Shown: positions 48,066 through 59,990 of the stretch, piece after piece
Numbering within the stretch: the first letter of the stretch is position 1
Layout of the letters: each line of letters starts with the position of its first letter
NCBI RefSeq assembly: GCF_004010195.1
Contig: NC_057718.1
Coordinates: forward strand, 36,435,772-36,495,944
Source of the DNA: Chiloscyllium plagiosum
Taxonomy: Eukaryota
Length of the DNA: 60,173 nt
Direction of reading: 5' to 3'
The notes under the pieces: model-generated
The model's input: the letters and a program-made list of their open reading frames with translations, nothing else
Databases searched by the model: none
What the model was told of the DNA's origin: nothing
Position numbers and translations under genes: made by a program

Positions 48066-48830
48066 TTAAAATATTTCTATAGGACAAAGCTATTACAAGA
48101 AGTTAATACAGAACATTTTTGAAATGTGTGACTGACATCCCATTACCTTGATTGAATTTGGTAAGATTTTAAAACTTTTTTCCAGCATTGAGGGGCTATA
48201 CTTGAAGGAATTGCTCACTTTCCTATCATTCCTTTCCACTGACTTATTGGATCTTTCCTTGGGGTTCTCTTTTTACTAGTTCCTCCTCATACTAACTTCC
48301 TGAAGTGGCATTGCATCATAGGAATCTGCAAAGTCAAGGGCTTTGACCCCTAGAACTAACTTCAGAGAGGCTTGATCAGTAATCACAAGTGCTCCTCCTG
48401 CCAAAACAAATATTCAGATGCCATACTCTTCAAGCTGCTACGGCACTTCAAATACAAAAGGAACATTCTATTCCTTTCACAACGAGCATGCTCTGAATTA
48501 ATGGCATTCACACAAACTGGAGCTTAACCAAATTATTACAATGGAATAACCTGAATTTACTAGTGATTTGGTGACATCAGATGGTCACTTTTTATGCATA
48601 ATTTACAGCAGCTGTTACACTTCATAGAAAAAAAACAACTTTTATAGATGAAAAGCTTTATTGGAAAATATTAAAGATTATACTTGACAAATTCATTGCA
48701 ATAACATTTAGGATGTTAAATTATACAGCAGTCAATACAGAGTGAATCTTTGTCCCTGTACACTTAGAAGTTGTTTCACCAGATTTCGTAAGTTAATACT
48801 ATTGTTGATAAATGAGGCAACTGCAATAAG

Positions 48831-48958
48831 TCCTAATGAAGGGTTTATGCCCAAAACATCGACTCTCCTGCTCCTCTGATGCTGACAAACCTGCTGTGCT
48901 TTTCCAGCACCACACTTTTCAACTCTGATCTCCAGCATCTGCAGTCCTCACTTTTTTT
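48831..48958 (+). mobile_element. Solo Penelope-like terminal repeat with a decayed hammerhead
   Basis: ctaatgaagggtttatgcccaaaacatc...ctccagcatctgcagtcctcacttt. Confidence 0.8.
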
Positions 48959-49240
48959 TAACCATGATAAATCATTTTTCAACCTACCAAGGAATAGTTG
49001 GACATGTGTGAATTTTAATAATATCAGAAAAACATGAACGTGAACTCTGAAGTCAGTCTATAATTGATAATGTTCTACCGTATCCCTTTAGATGGTAAAA
49101 CTGACTTTGCAAAAAGTGCAACTCCATTACTCTCTTCCTGCATTGATAGTGCACTAATGACTGATGAACAGAAACAATGCGATCAAATTCAGAAACATTT
49201 GGCAGGAGTTTCAGTTCTTGGAACAGTTATTTTTAATCAG

Positions 49241-49763
49241 GCAAAAGTGAGAACTGCAGATGCTGGAAACCAGAGTCTAGATTAGAGCAGTGCTGGAAAA
49301 GCACAGCAGGTCAGGCAGCATCTGAGGAGCAGGAAAATCGACGTTTTGGGCAAAAGCCCTTCATCAGGAATAGAGGCGAGGAGCCTCCAGAGTGGAGAGA
49401 TAAATGGGGTGGGGCGTGGGGAGAAAGTAGCAAAGAGTACAATAGATGAATGGGGTTGGGGATGGAGGTGATAGGTCAGAGAGGAGAGTGGAGCGGATAG
49501 GTGGGAAGGGAGATTGGCAGGTAGGACAGGTCATGAGGACAGTGCACGTTCCCCCACTCTCCACTCTGACCTATCACCTCCATTCACCTATTGTACTCTT
49601 TGCTACTCTCTCCCCACACCTCAATCTCCGCCCCCATTTATCTCTCCACCCTGGAGGCTTCCTGACTCTATTCCTGATGAAGAGCTTTTGCCCGAAATGT
49701 CGATTTTCCTGCTCCTTGGATGCTGCCTAACCTGCTGTGCTTTTCTAGCACCACTCTGATCTA
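49241..49763. mobile_element. Penelope-like fold-back element (about 210-bp arms) with a perfect 19-bp TSD
   Basis: TSD aacagttatttttaatcag at 49222-49240 and 49764-49782; inverted arms at about 49278-49492 and 49556-49763; hammerhead-like cores at 49340-49367(-) and 49674-49701(+). Confidence 0.92.
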
Positions 49764-50027
49764 AACAGTTATTTTTAATCAGCCTGTCATCATGTTATAA
49801 TACACTGCCGGGAGCACTGGAACTTGAATCTGGACTTTCTACCAGAGCTAAGGACACTAGCACGAGACAACACGGCACTCACTTCTTAGAACACATAGTT
49901 TCAATCAACCTTCTCGGATGCAATACAACACACCTTTGAAGCAGATGGGACTTGAATCTCGGCCTTACACAGAAATAGGGAAACTGCTACCATGCCACAA
50001 GAGCTGTAAAAGCAAGTTCGAAATCTG

Positions 50028-50095
50028 TGGCACCCAGCACAGGACTCAAACCCACAATGAAGGGTCTCACTCTATACCAACTGAGCTAGCTGGGT
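50028..50095 (-). pseudogene. Degenerate tRNA-Lys(CUU)-like copy ending in encoded CCA
   Basis: Minus strand acccagctagctcagttggtatagagtgagaccctt...gtgggtttgagtcctgtgctgggtg-cca versus vertebrate tRNA-Lys GCCCGGCTAGCTCAGTCGGTAGAGC...GTGGGTTCGAGCCCCACGTTGGGCG; the anticodon arm is partly deleted. Confidence 0.7.
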
Positions 50096-50338
50096 ATCAA
50101 TTCTTAGAATAACTTTTAGTTAATTGTCAAAGTGGATAGAGGACTTCTGATTATGTTTTTCTAATAGGCAAGTTTATTGGTCTATAATGCACAATGAAGG
50201 TGTGCAAGAGCTCCCCTGACTGATAGGTAAATTCTGTTAATGTGCACGATCGAGTCATATAAACAAACTGTATGTTTACCTCTGGTCAATGATGGATTAG
50301 CTGACCTCTGTAGGAGAGATACAGTTAGCTTCAGCACA

Positions 50339-50670
50339 GGGCAGCATAGTGGCTTAATGGTTAACATTGTTACCTTAGAGCACCAGGGACCTGGGTTCAA
50401 TTCCAGCCTCAGGCGAGAGTGTATGGAGTTTGCACATTCTCCCTGGGTCTGGATGGGTTTCCTCCCACAGTCCAAAGATGTGCAGCTTAGGTGAATTGGC
50501 CATGCTAAATTGGCCATGATGTTCAGGGATGTGTAGGTTAGATGCATTGTCAGGGGTAAATGTAGAGTAATAGGGGTAGGGGAATGGGTCTGGGTGGGAT
50601 ACTCTTCGGAGTGTCAGTGTAGACTAGTTTGGCCCAATGGCCTGTTTCCACACTGTAGGGATTCTATGAT
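50339..50670 (+). mobile_element. HE1-like V-SINE
   Basis: A box tggcttaatgg, B box gggttcaattcc, V-domain, tail ctgtagggattctatgat. Confidence 0.92.
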
Positions 50671-52032
50671 TTGGGCTGGGGAAGCAAAGAAACAACCATG
50701 GTTTCACATTATCGTACATGTGATTTTTACTTGATTAATTTATTGGCTGGTAGACAGCATCACTGTCAATATTGTGGCTCAAGTATTGAAACCAGCATTA
50801 AATGTCAGAATATATTAAAATATCCAACTGGGCAGAACTATAACCACATTGGAAGTGCAATCTGTGCCTGTGAAATACTTTGCAACATTAAAAACATGAA
50901 ACTAGTCAGTGAGCAATGTGAAATAGATGGTGGGATAGGGAGGTGACTTCCCTTTTTGCTATTCATCTGAAAATGCTGTTAGGCGGACCTTGAACACAAA
51001 ATTAAGCAAACACTCTAGTGATTGTTTCAATTTCTTGTCTGAATGAGATGGTCCCCAAATTCAAAAATTATTCCTAGTTTTTAGAGACAAATAAACAAGT
51101 AAAGCAAACATTAATTATTTATAGAATGATTTACATTTAGAAAAACATGTTTGAAAATGATTTGGAGTTGCAACTATTAATTCAAATTCAGGAGAACATT
51201 CAGTTTCGAACAAGAACTAGTACATATTCTTGTCTGTGTGGACATTAATAAAATCATGGTTTGAAACAGTTCTAAAAGGAAATCTGAAGATTTTTCTGTA
51301 AACTGTATTTCCGAAATTTAACATTTGCACTAGATTTTATAAATGTAATGTTGCAAACAATACGCAATTTTAAAAATACCTTGAATAAGTTATAAGAAAT
51401 GCTTGCTTCCATTCTGTGTTGAATTATCTGATCAGACAGAGCAGTCGCAGTTATAATTGGATACAGCATTCAGTGCATTATACGCCCTATACATGCTCCA
51501 GACTAATGGAAATTGAGTTTCTACTCCCAACTCTTCAAATGGCAAGTTGCTAATCTCAACTATGCCAATATGATAAAAACCAAGTGGCAGCTAAGTTCCT
51601 CCCTAAGGAACATAAAAAGCAATTGAAGTGCATTTAGAGGCTGCTGCCTTCCATCTCATTTGACAAGTTAAAGAGCACAGAAAGAATCACTGCAAAACAC
51701 TCCCTTTCTGTCTGCGATTTTTCACCAGGAATAATGTAAGTTAGAGGAAACAAGCATTAAATATTTGAGTTATAGGAAGCATTAAACATTTGATGATAAA
51801 ATTTATCAAAGTGCAAATCATATTGCAAACAGTACACCGATTAAAAAATAGAAAATCTATCCCTACAGTAAGATACTATACTGCATTCTTCCATTTATTT
51901 CTATCTCTGTCACATCTGATCAGGTAATGCTACCTTCCACGCCAGCACTTCACATATTGACCTTCTGGCTGGTTCTCTCTTTCTGAAGGGGAACTATTTC
52001 TGTCTCTGCTTCCCTGCTTCATAGGACATCTT

Positions 52033-52560
52033 GATGCTAGGCAACAGCCACGTCAGAGATGCACAGCATGGAACTCGTCCATGTCGACCAGATATCCTAA
52101 CCTAATCTAGTCCCATTCGTCAGCACTTGGCCCATATCCCTCGAAACGCTTCCTATTCACATACCCATCCAGATGCCGTTTAAATCTCGTCATTGTACCA
52201 GCCTCCACTACTTCCTCTGGCAGCTCATTCCATACAAACAACATAGTCTGCGTAACAATGTTGCCCCTTAGGTCTCTTTTAAAATTTTCCCCTCACCTTA
52301 AATCTATGCCCTCTTGTTCCGGACTCCCCCACCCCGGGAAAAGACCTTGTCTATTTATCCTGTCCATACCCTTCATGATTTTATAAACCTCCTCAAGATC
52401 ACCCCTCAGCCCCCAACGCTCCAGGGAAAACTGCCCCAGCTTATTCAAAGTCTCCTTGTAGCTCAAATCCTCGAACTCTGGCAACATTCTTGTACGTCTT
52501 TTCTGAACTATTTCAAGATTCACAACATCCTTCCAATAGGAAGGAGACCAGAATTGCAGT
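52033..52560 (-). mobile_element. HER1/CR1 3' fragment
   Basis: LRGDLEEVYKIMKGMDRINRQGLFP. Confidence 0.9.
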
Positions 52561-54424
52561 ATTTTCCTTCTCTTCTACCCTTATTTTCCTAAAACACTGA
52601 ACTATTCACATCTAGAATTTTTTTAAAAGTGTCATTTAAATGCATATATTTCCAGTCACTTGCACAACTCAGAACTCAAAAATGAAACCTTTTTAGTCCA
52701 TGCAATATAGAAATACAAACTTAAAGCTATACATAGTTCTGTTCACCTTACAATCCATTTTTCCAAACAATAATAAACGTAACAGGAACTTTCATCATAC
52801 ACTAATTACATCTTTAAACCCAAAATGATGTTTTTTTTTAAAAAGTGAATATGGTGTTTTCTTTCCTGCTACATTTATATTTCTGTAATATATCTGTGGA
52901 TGAAATTTTGTTAAATTGATAGAAGATTTAAGACTTAACATTACTCCAAGTTGGGATGACTGGAAGGAGAAGAAAAGAATCAGAGAGAATTCTCAAACCT
53001 AATTATGTAGTTCATTCTAGAAAGTGCATGTGTGTCAATATTTATTATGAGATAGTGGACAAGAAATTTGCATGGCATCAGAAACCAGCATGAATTTGAT
53101 TCTAGTCGAAGGGTCACTTCAATGTGGCCTCAAATCTTTTCACTATACAATGGTCAGCTGCAATTCAGCCTTAGGAAAATTACCTGGATTTGTCTGTGAG
53201 CTGGTTGAGCTGGGGTGGAGAGGAGGCAAAGTGAAATTGTAGTGAGGAAGATGAGAAAAGTGATCTCGCTCTAAGAATGGCTCACAAGAGTGTTGGGGAG
53301 TCAAAAGGCTTACTCCTTTTCTGGATAAATGTAATTGTATGTTAAAATGGTTAACTTAGCTACTAGTGCTTTAACGTCTTTGTTAAGGAACATTTCACCC
53401 AGTTTCAGATTAATGTAAACTGGGTCTTAAAAGGTCAGTTACCTGTTTCTTATTTTGTAACCTATCTAGTGCAAATGTATTTTTCTTTCTTAGTTGGTTT
53501 TGTTTTTAAAATGAGAAAGCACTTGAGGTTTTGGAATCATCATTCTCAAAAAGTTCAACTTCACTAAACATCAAAAACCCATGTTTTCATAAAATGTACA
53601 ATGGCTGAACAATAATGACACTCTTCCATTGTGTAGTGTGGCAAAAATCTGAAGCCTCCTGGCTCAGCACATCTTCAGCTCATTGGGTATTTTAAGAATT
53701 ACATGCCAAGTGTCGTAGCAGATGTGTTTTAGAATATGGTACAAAATTGGTGAAATTACAGCACAAGGTTAAAAGCAGGTTATAACAGAGCAACATTGTC
53801 TTCCCAATGATTCAGAGAAAGTTTCTGTTTTTCTCTCTGTCAACTTGGAGAACCTAGAACAATAAATGAGAGACAACACAGTACAAGCATCTTCAATCAA
53901 AACTGGATGATTCTACTAAATATCCTCCAGAACATAATTAATGTCTATCCTATTCTTACCTATACAACCTGTATCAATGTAGTGGCTATGAAAATAGGTC
54001 AGAATCTGACATGCTGCAGTGAATTCACTCCTGATTCCTCAATGTCCCCATCACCCACAGTTCAAAACGGGGATAAATACTTCTCGATCAGAGTCAGCAT
54101 ACAACACATATCAATACCATCTTCTTCCTATTTGATCTCTATTACAGCAGCAATACCACTGCCTTGGAGTTCACCCAAAGTCACACGTTATCCTTACCAG
54201 GATTTCTTCATCACCTGGACATATACCAGGATTTCTTCATCAATATTAACTCAACATTCGAAATTTCCAACTATTACTACTGGGGCTGCAACGGTTAGAG
54301 GGAAAATCAATTACTAGCTTATCAGAACATCAAATACAGCTTAACCAGTGTGTCATATTTAAGGAACAATTCAATTAAAAAAGTATGATTATACCACAGA
54401 ACATTAAAAAGTCACCAACAGATG

Positions 54425-56076
54425 AATTTTCACTGATAATTTTTATTTGTTTCTTCCCATCAATTTTTATGGCATTTGTCAGGAATGCATGAAAACACAG
54501 TTCTAACATTAACACATTGGAAAACCCTTGGTCAGTCATATTTCCCTTACAATCATTGTTTTTTTTTAATACAGCAAAATATTTCCCACTTTAAATTCCA
54601 TAAGTTATTGCAGACCGATGCATCGATTCAATGGCTGTTATACTGTTAGTTGGTAGCTGTAAGGCTCTTGTATGTCAATAGCATCCCCAGATAGCACCTA
54701 TTATGCAATAAAAGAGCTCACTCTACATGTTTTTAGAGCCCGTGTAGGCACTTTCTCTAGATCAGCAACATAATTGTTGGATGCCTGGGAGTGAGAGAAT
54801 CCTGAGTACAGATTCAAAGGGAATGACAGTTCTGATCCACTTTGGAATGGCACGATCTGATAAACACTTGATTTCACACTTAAGATTTAAGCACACTTAA
54901 CAAAATCTAGAATCACTAACCATAACTTCTCATTAATCCTAAAGCATTGGATCAACGTATCAAACATAAGATGTAACTTAATCAATGCAAATCAAAGTAT
55001 AAATAAGTTCATTTGGACACTTCCCCTTGCATATTGTCAGTGAGTGTTTTCCCCCTCTTGTATAGCAAGTACAAAGTGAATCTACAGTTTAAACAATTTC
55101 CCAGATCTTTTAAAAAAAAAAGGAAAACCTCCCCAGAAAAAAAACCGTACCGGTCTATACTCTGATATCCTGATAGTGTACTTTAAGTACCACGTTATAC
55201 CATGGCTGACCACGACCAGATTTAATACGTGGCAACTATGCACCATGATACAGTATAAAATACAAATGTGGTATCAACTTGTCGAACTTCACCCAATGAG
55301 GAAAGAACACCAAAAAAAAAGACAGTATATATTTTACCAAATCCTAGAATTATTTAATGATTGATTTTATTTTGGATGATTTAATTGTTCCTAATACCCA
55401 TTTACTACAGGAAATTATTTTTAAATTAAAAAATATACAATCAGAAGATGCGTGTAGACTTGAGATCACTTTACGAGGTATAGTTTCAATTCATCTGACA
55501 AAAGTAAGCAAGCCTACTTCAAATCAGAGATCACAAAAATGTCTACGTGACCACCAGACACTAGTGATGTGAAGACATTGCATATTTAATATTCAAGAAG
55601 GCAGTGCCATGCTCATGGCAGTCGTGGTTTACCAGATGACTCTGAGAGTCAATCTCATTCACAATTCTTGGCCACAAACAGGCCTGATAAAATGACAGTT
55701 AATTTTGACTGAAGTTAACAGTTAACCTTGTTTGTTATGCAATTATTTAAGTTCAATTTGAAAAAATGCTTTATATTACAAAGCAGACTCATTTCAGCAT
55801 ATCCCAACCACAGAAGTGTCTTTTTTCCAGTATTTACAGTCTGTAACTTCTGACTTTATTTAATCATTTCACTAAAATCTACTTTAACTGTTGCAATTTC
55901 TTCCCAAGAAGAACTTTAGCCAGTCATTAGTCACTTGACACTTACAAGTGATGCCTTTTCCATCCTTGCAATGGAAGATTAGAGCAGAATTAAACAAATC
56001 CAACAGCCCCATTCACTATACCCAGCCACTACTCCTCATCAAATAAGCCAAGAATCTCCTATTTTGTTTTGATGCT
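54425..56076 (-). other. EML4: Putative 3' UTR of the EML4-like gene
   Basis: Repeat-free AT-rich stretch after the stop codon, ending at a candidate poly(A) signal. Confidence 0.55.
54442..54447 (-). terminator. Candidate polyadenylation signal AATAAA
   Basis: Plus-strand tttatt; a minus-strand GU/U-rich element (tgttggtgactttttaatgttctgtgg) follows about 22 nt downstream. Confidence 0.55.
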
Positions 56077-56295
56077 TTAAGACACTGGCGAGTTTTCCGT
56101 TGGACCGTCTGTTGGAGAAGATGGAGCATTCTGCTCAAGGTTGCTTCCATTTGAAGGAAGTGGTGTCTTCTCGGTCACTCTCCACTGTATGATGCTGGTG
56201 TCTTTTCCACCCGTTGAAATCAAGTGACCATCATTGTAGGTGAAGCTAACATTGGTCACATGACTACTGTGTGCACTGTAAACATGACTTGGAGC
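56077..56295 (-). CDS. EML4: Terminal coding exon of echinoderm microtubule-associated protein-like 4 (last WD40 repeat plus C-terminal tail)
   Basis: APSHVYSAHSSHVTNVSFTYNDGHLISTGGKDTSIIQWRVTEK...*; the SAHSSHVTNVSFT and post-WD extension match EML4 rather than EML1 (GGHSSHVTNVDF). Preceded by the acceptor tctttctcttgtgatgtgcttccag, phase 0. Confidence 0.88.
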   Translation of the reverse strand, partial: APSHVYSAHSSHVTNVSFTYNDGHLISTGGKDTSIIQWRVTEKTPLPSNGSNLEQNAPSSPTDGPTENSPVS

Positions 56296-57979
56296 CTGGA
56301 AGCACATCACAAGAGAAAGATTTCATAAATGGAAGGATGAAAGCTGGATTTACAAATGCTCAGGCAGGTTGTAATTGAAAGATAACAGAATAAACAAGAG
56401 GAAAATAATATTTATTTTCTATAATTTAACAGCTAATATAGAGGCTTTCAAGAAAGTAATATAACCGTACATATTAGCCAGCACAATGGTAATTAGGGTG
56501 GATTCTTGTTGAGGGGTATGGATCCTAAAGAGATGGTGAGAGACCCATGCTACTTTTTATAGGGAACACCCAGTGAACTGCACACCAATCAGGCAGTGGT
56601 GAGACAACGGCTGGGCCTTAGCCAAGAATCAAAATCCCACATAAAGAGCACAGCTGACTAACTGAAATCTGTCGGTTTTTGCACTCAGCAACAGCAATGG
56701 GGAAGCTATGGCGGCTGGTAAAATAACAGTTCAATCATCCCAGGGCAAGTTAAATGAAGTGGGGGAATAGAGTGATTCTTGGGTTGGAATTGTGATGACA
56801 GGGCTGTCCCCAGCAGGAATGCTTCTTTTTTGTTGGCCAGGCTTTTGAGCAAGCACTAATTGCCTTTGATCAAGAGACACAGGTCCGTCTCAGTCCAACC
56901 TGCCTGAAAAGCTGCCACTGGGGTAAATGCCACATGGCAACAACATGACATGTAGCTGGTTTTATTCAAGAGGCAATAAACTGAGGGCTGAATGTAGTCC
57001 ATAATTGGGTATTCAAAGTCTCAATGGAGAGTGGAGCAGGAAGGTAGAAAATGGGAGTTGTGACCCCAGGATAGACCAACACGTCAGAGAGAAGAAGATT
57101 TTTGCCCTAAAGATTTATTTCTTATACTAAACAGGTGTGGATTCTGGTGCAAAAGAAAGGGATCCAGTGTTGTATTCAAAAGCATGGGCTGGTTCAAATA
57201 TAGAGATGAATAAACGGTCAGACAATTCCCAGGAATAGTTAGGAACAGCAGAGAGGTGGAAATACATTTTGCAAATGGTTTCTGAAAATTGTCTTGCTTA
57301 AAAAGAAATGACAATAATTTTTTGGGTTAAAAGTGGAAAAGCAGAAGAACAACAACTAATATCAGACATCCAGATTTTTAAAGGAAAATTGTATAAACAA
57401 TGTGACTACTTTTGCACTTAGCGTTCAGTTTATAAAGACACTTACAGTTTGCTCAGATTAAATTTAGAGCTTGAATCTAACATTTTGATTTGTCAGTAGG
57501 CAGTTCTCTTTTCAAGCTGCAGTATTTCAATTTTGTCATTTCCTCTGACTTGTGTTTGATTCCTTGGGGACTCACTAATATTAAGTGACTCTAGTTTTGC
57601 TCTTCCCCAGAAGTGGAAACTCTGCTTCCTTATAAGAATGGAGGGTTGTGAATATTAGAGGCTGAAATAGAGTTTTAAACTCAAAGAATCAAGTAATATG
57701 GGGAATGAACAGGCAAGTGAAAACAGGCAGAAGATCTATCATAATTGTATTGAATGGCAGAACAGGCTTGAGGGGCCATATTACCTAAACCTGTTCCTAT
57801 TTCTTATAAGTAGCCAGCAATTTGTGGATAAAAAGATATACATTCACACCAAGTAAAAACACCCTCTGATGCACAGTACTACAACTTTCAGTTCCACAGT
57901 CTGCCATTAAACAACCACAAATATCACACATTTTAAAAACTGGATTTTGCTGAGATATGTACTGAACAACTAGTCAAGG

Positions 57980-58580
57980 ACTTTTTATTCACTTGGAGCA
58001 GGTGGGATTTGCTGGTTGGGACAGCTTTTATAACGGTCATTGAGAGGGTAGTGGTGAGAAGCCTTCTTGAACCACTGCAGGCGCACACAGTGCTGTTAAG
58101 GAGGAGGTTCCAGGGTTTGACTGAGCAACACTGAAGGAATATAGTGAGAATGTTTCCACGTTAGGATGGTGAGTGGCTCGGAAGGAACTTGCAGCTGTTG
58201 GTGCTTTTATGCTTCTGCCATTGTTTTTCTAGATGATACACACTACTATTACTGAACAATCATGAGAGAGGGAGTAGACATTTGAGGTTATGGTGCTAAT
58301 CAAGTGGGCTGCTTTGTCTTGGATTGGTGTCAAGCTCTCTGAATGTTAGAATTTCACTATTCAGGCAATTATGGAGTACTATATTTCACCCCTGCCTTGT
58401 AGATGGAGGACAGGCTTTGGGGAGTCAAGTGGTGAGTTACTGCAGAATTCCTGGCCTCTGACCTGCTGTTGTATCTCCTAAATTTACACGTCTGTTCCAG
58501 TTCCGTTTTTGGTCAATGGTAACTCCCAGGATATTGTCAGTGGATGATTTGGCAATGGTAATGCCATTGAATATCAAGGG
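57980..58580 (-). mobile_element. Second-family LINE 3' fragment (intronic)
   Basis: Colinear with 24905-25590. Confidence 0.7.
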
Positions 58581-59220
58581 CCATAATCAGTACACTGCTC
58601 AGGTAGAAATGGCTAGAAAATGTAGAGTTGAGTAATACTTTTCCTTTTAAAGTTAGACAGGCATCCAAAAAATATCACAATGTGAGTGAGTTTCTGAAGC
58701 ATGAGTTTATTTGCATTATTATAGAGACCTATTGGGAAACATTCCATTTGCCCAAATATAAAGACCTCAAGCAGAGGCTGCTACAATTTGAGTTTTAAAA
58801 TCTTCCCACCCCCTTATTCAGCCAGCCTTCACCCATAACTTTCAAAAAGGAAAATCTTTTGAAAATACGAACTGCAAAAGGAAAGTCTCATAGGGGCACT
58901 TTGAAAATGGGCCAAATGATCTCCTTCAATGCTATATAATTCCAAAATCTTTTTCGACACCTATACTGGATTAACCCTCAGCCTTCTTCAGTCTCTAGTC
59001 CAAAGCAGTTGAATCTTCCCTTCAAATGCAAGTAGTAATTGCTGATAGCGTCCTTGTAAGTCTTTTTTGTTGCATCTTGATGAATCACATAACCAGAGCT
59101 GTAGAAGGGCTTCAAGCTAAAGAGTGATGGGGATAGGATGGAAGAGGGTTCAATCAAGGCAAGGTTTAGAAAGTTAACGAGGCAATAGTGTATGGTAGCA
59201 ATATGAAGAAATATAGGAAG

Positions 59221-59263
59221 AACGTGTCAGGAAGTGTATAAACGTGTCAGGAAGTGTATAAAC
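59221..59263. repeat. 20-bp tandem duplication
   Basis: aacgtgtcaggaagtgtata x2. Confidence 0.9.
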
Positions 59264-59289
59264 ATACCAATTAGAATTCAGAGTATGTC

Positions 59290-59885
59290 AAAAATGTAAA
59301 AAAAGGTATGAAAAGATTATTTATGAATGTTGCAAGCATTCAAAGATGATGAATGAATTGATAACAAATAGAAATAATGAGTACAATATAGTAAGTATTA
59401 CAGAGACATTTTTGCTAGATGTCCAAATTTGGGAACTGCATTTTCAAGTGGTTTGAGACTTCCTGGAAATGTTGGAGTTAAAGGCTGTGGGTGGCTCTGA
59501 TAGTAAAGGATGAGGTCAATAAATTTGAGAGAAATGATCTTTGCTCAGAAAGTCAAAACAAAGTGGGGTAGTTGGAGGAGGGGATAAGAAATAAGATGGA
59601 GTGGAATAGAGTTGTAATAAATGATCATTTTCAGATTGGCAAACTGTAAGTAAAATACCAGAGATCAGTCCTGGAGCCTCAAATATTTCCAACCTATATT
59701 AAAGGCTAGCATAAAGGGAGTGGGCATATTATAACCAGGTTTTCTGATGATACAAAGATAAGTGGGAAAGCAAGTATTGACAATAGAGTACAATGTGGGA
59801 AAATGTGAGATTGTCCACGTTGTTGAGAAGAATAAAAAAATTACATGATTTAAGTGGAGAATATTGCTGCACAGAGGATCAGGCA
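59290..59885 (+). mobile_element. Ancient, internally deleted CR1 (APE start plus RT fragments)
   Basis: IVSITET, RSVLEPQ and FSDDTKI motifs. Confidence 0.6.
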
Positions 59886-59990
59886 GTCATAGAGTCATAG
59901 AGATGTACAGCATGGAAACAGACCCTTTGTCCAACCCGTCCATACCGACCATATATCCCAACCCAATCTAGTCCCACCTGCCAGCACCGG
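59886..59990 (-). mobile_element. Short HER1/CR1 3'-end insertion
   Basis: gtcatagagtcatagagatgtacagcatggaaacagaccc. Confidence 0.88.

Noticed and set aside
53907..54317. 136-aa plus-strand ORF
   Set aside because: No recognisable domain or splice context; probably a chance ORF.
56296..56310. ORF-track start MMCFQ for the EML4 exon
   Set aside because: These codons are the intronic acceptor region; the exon starts at 56295.
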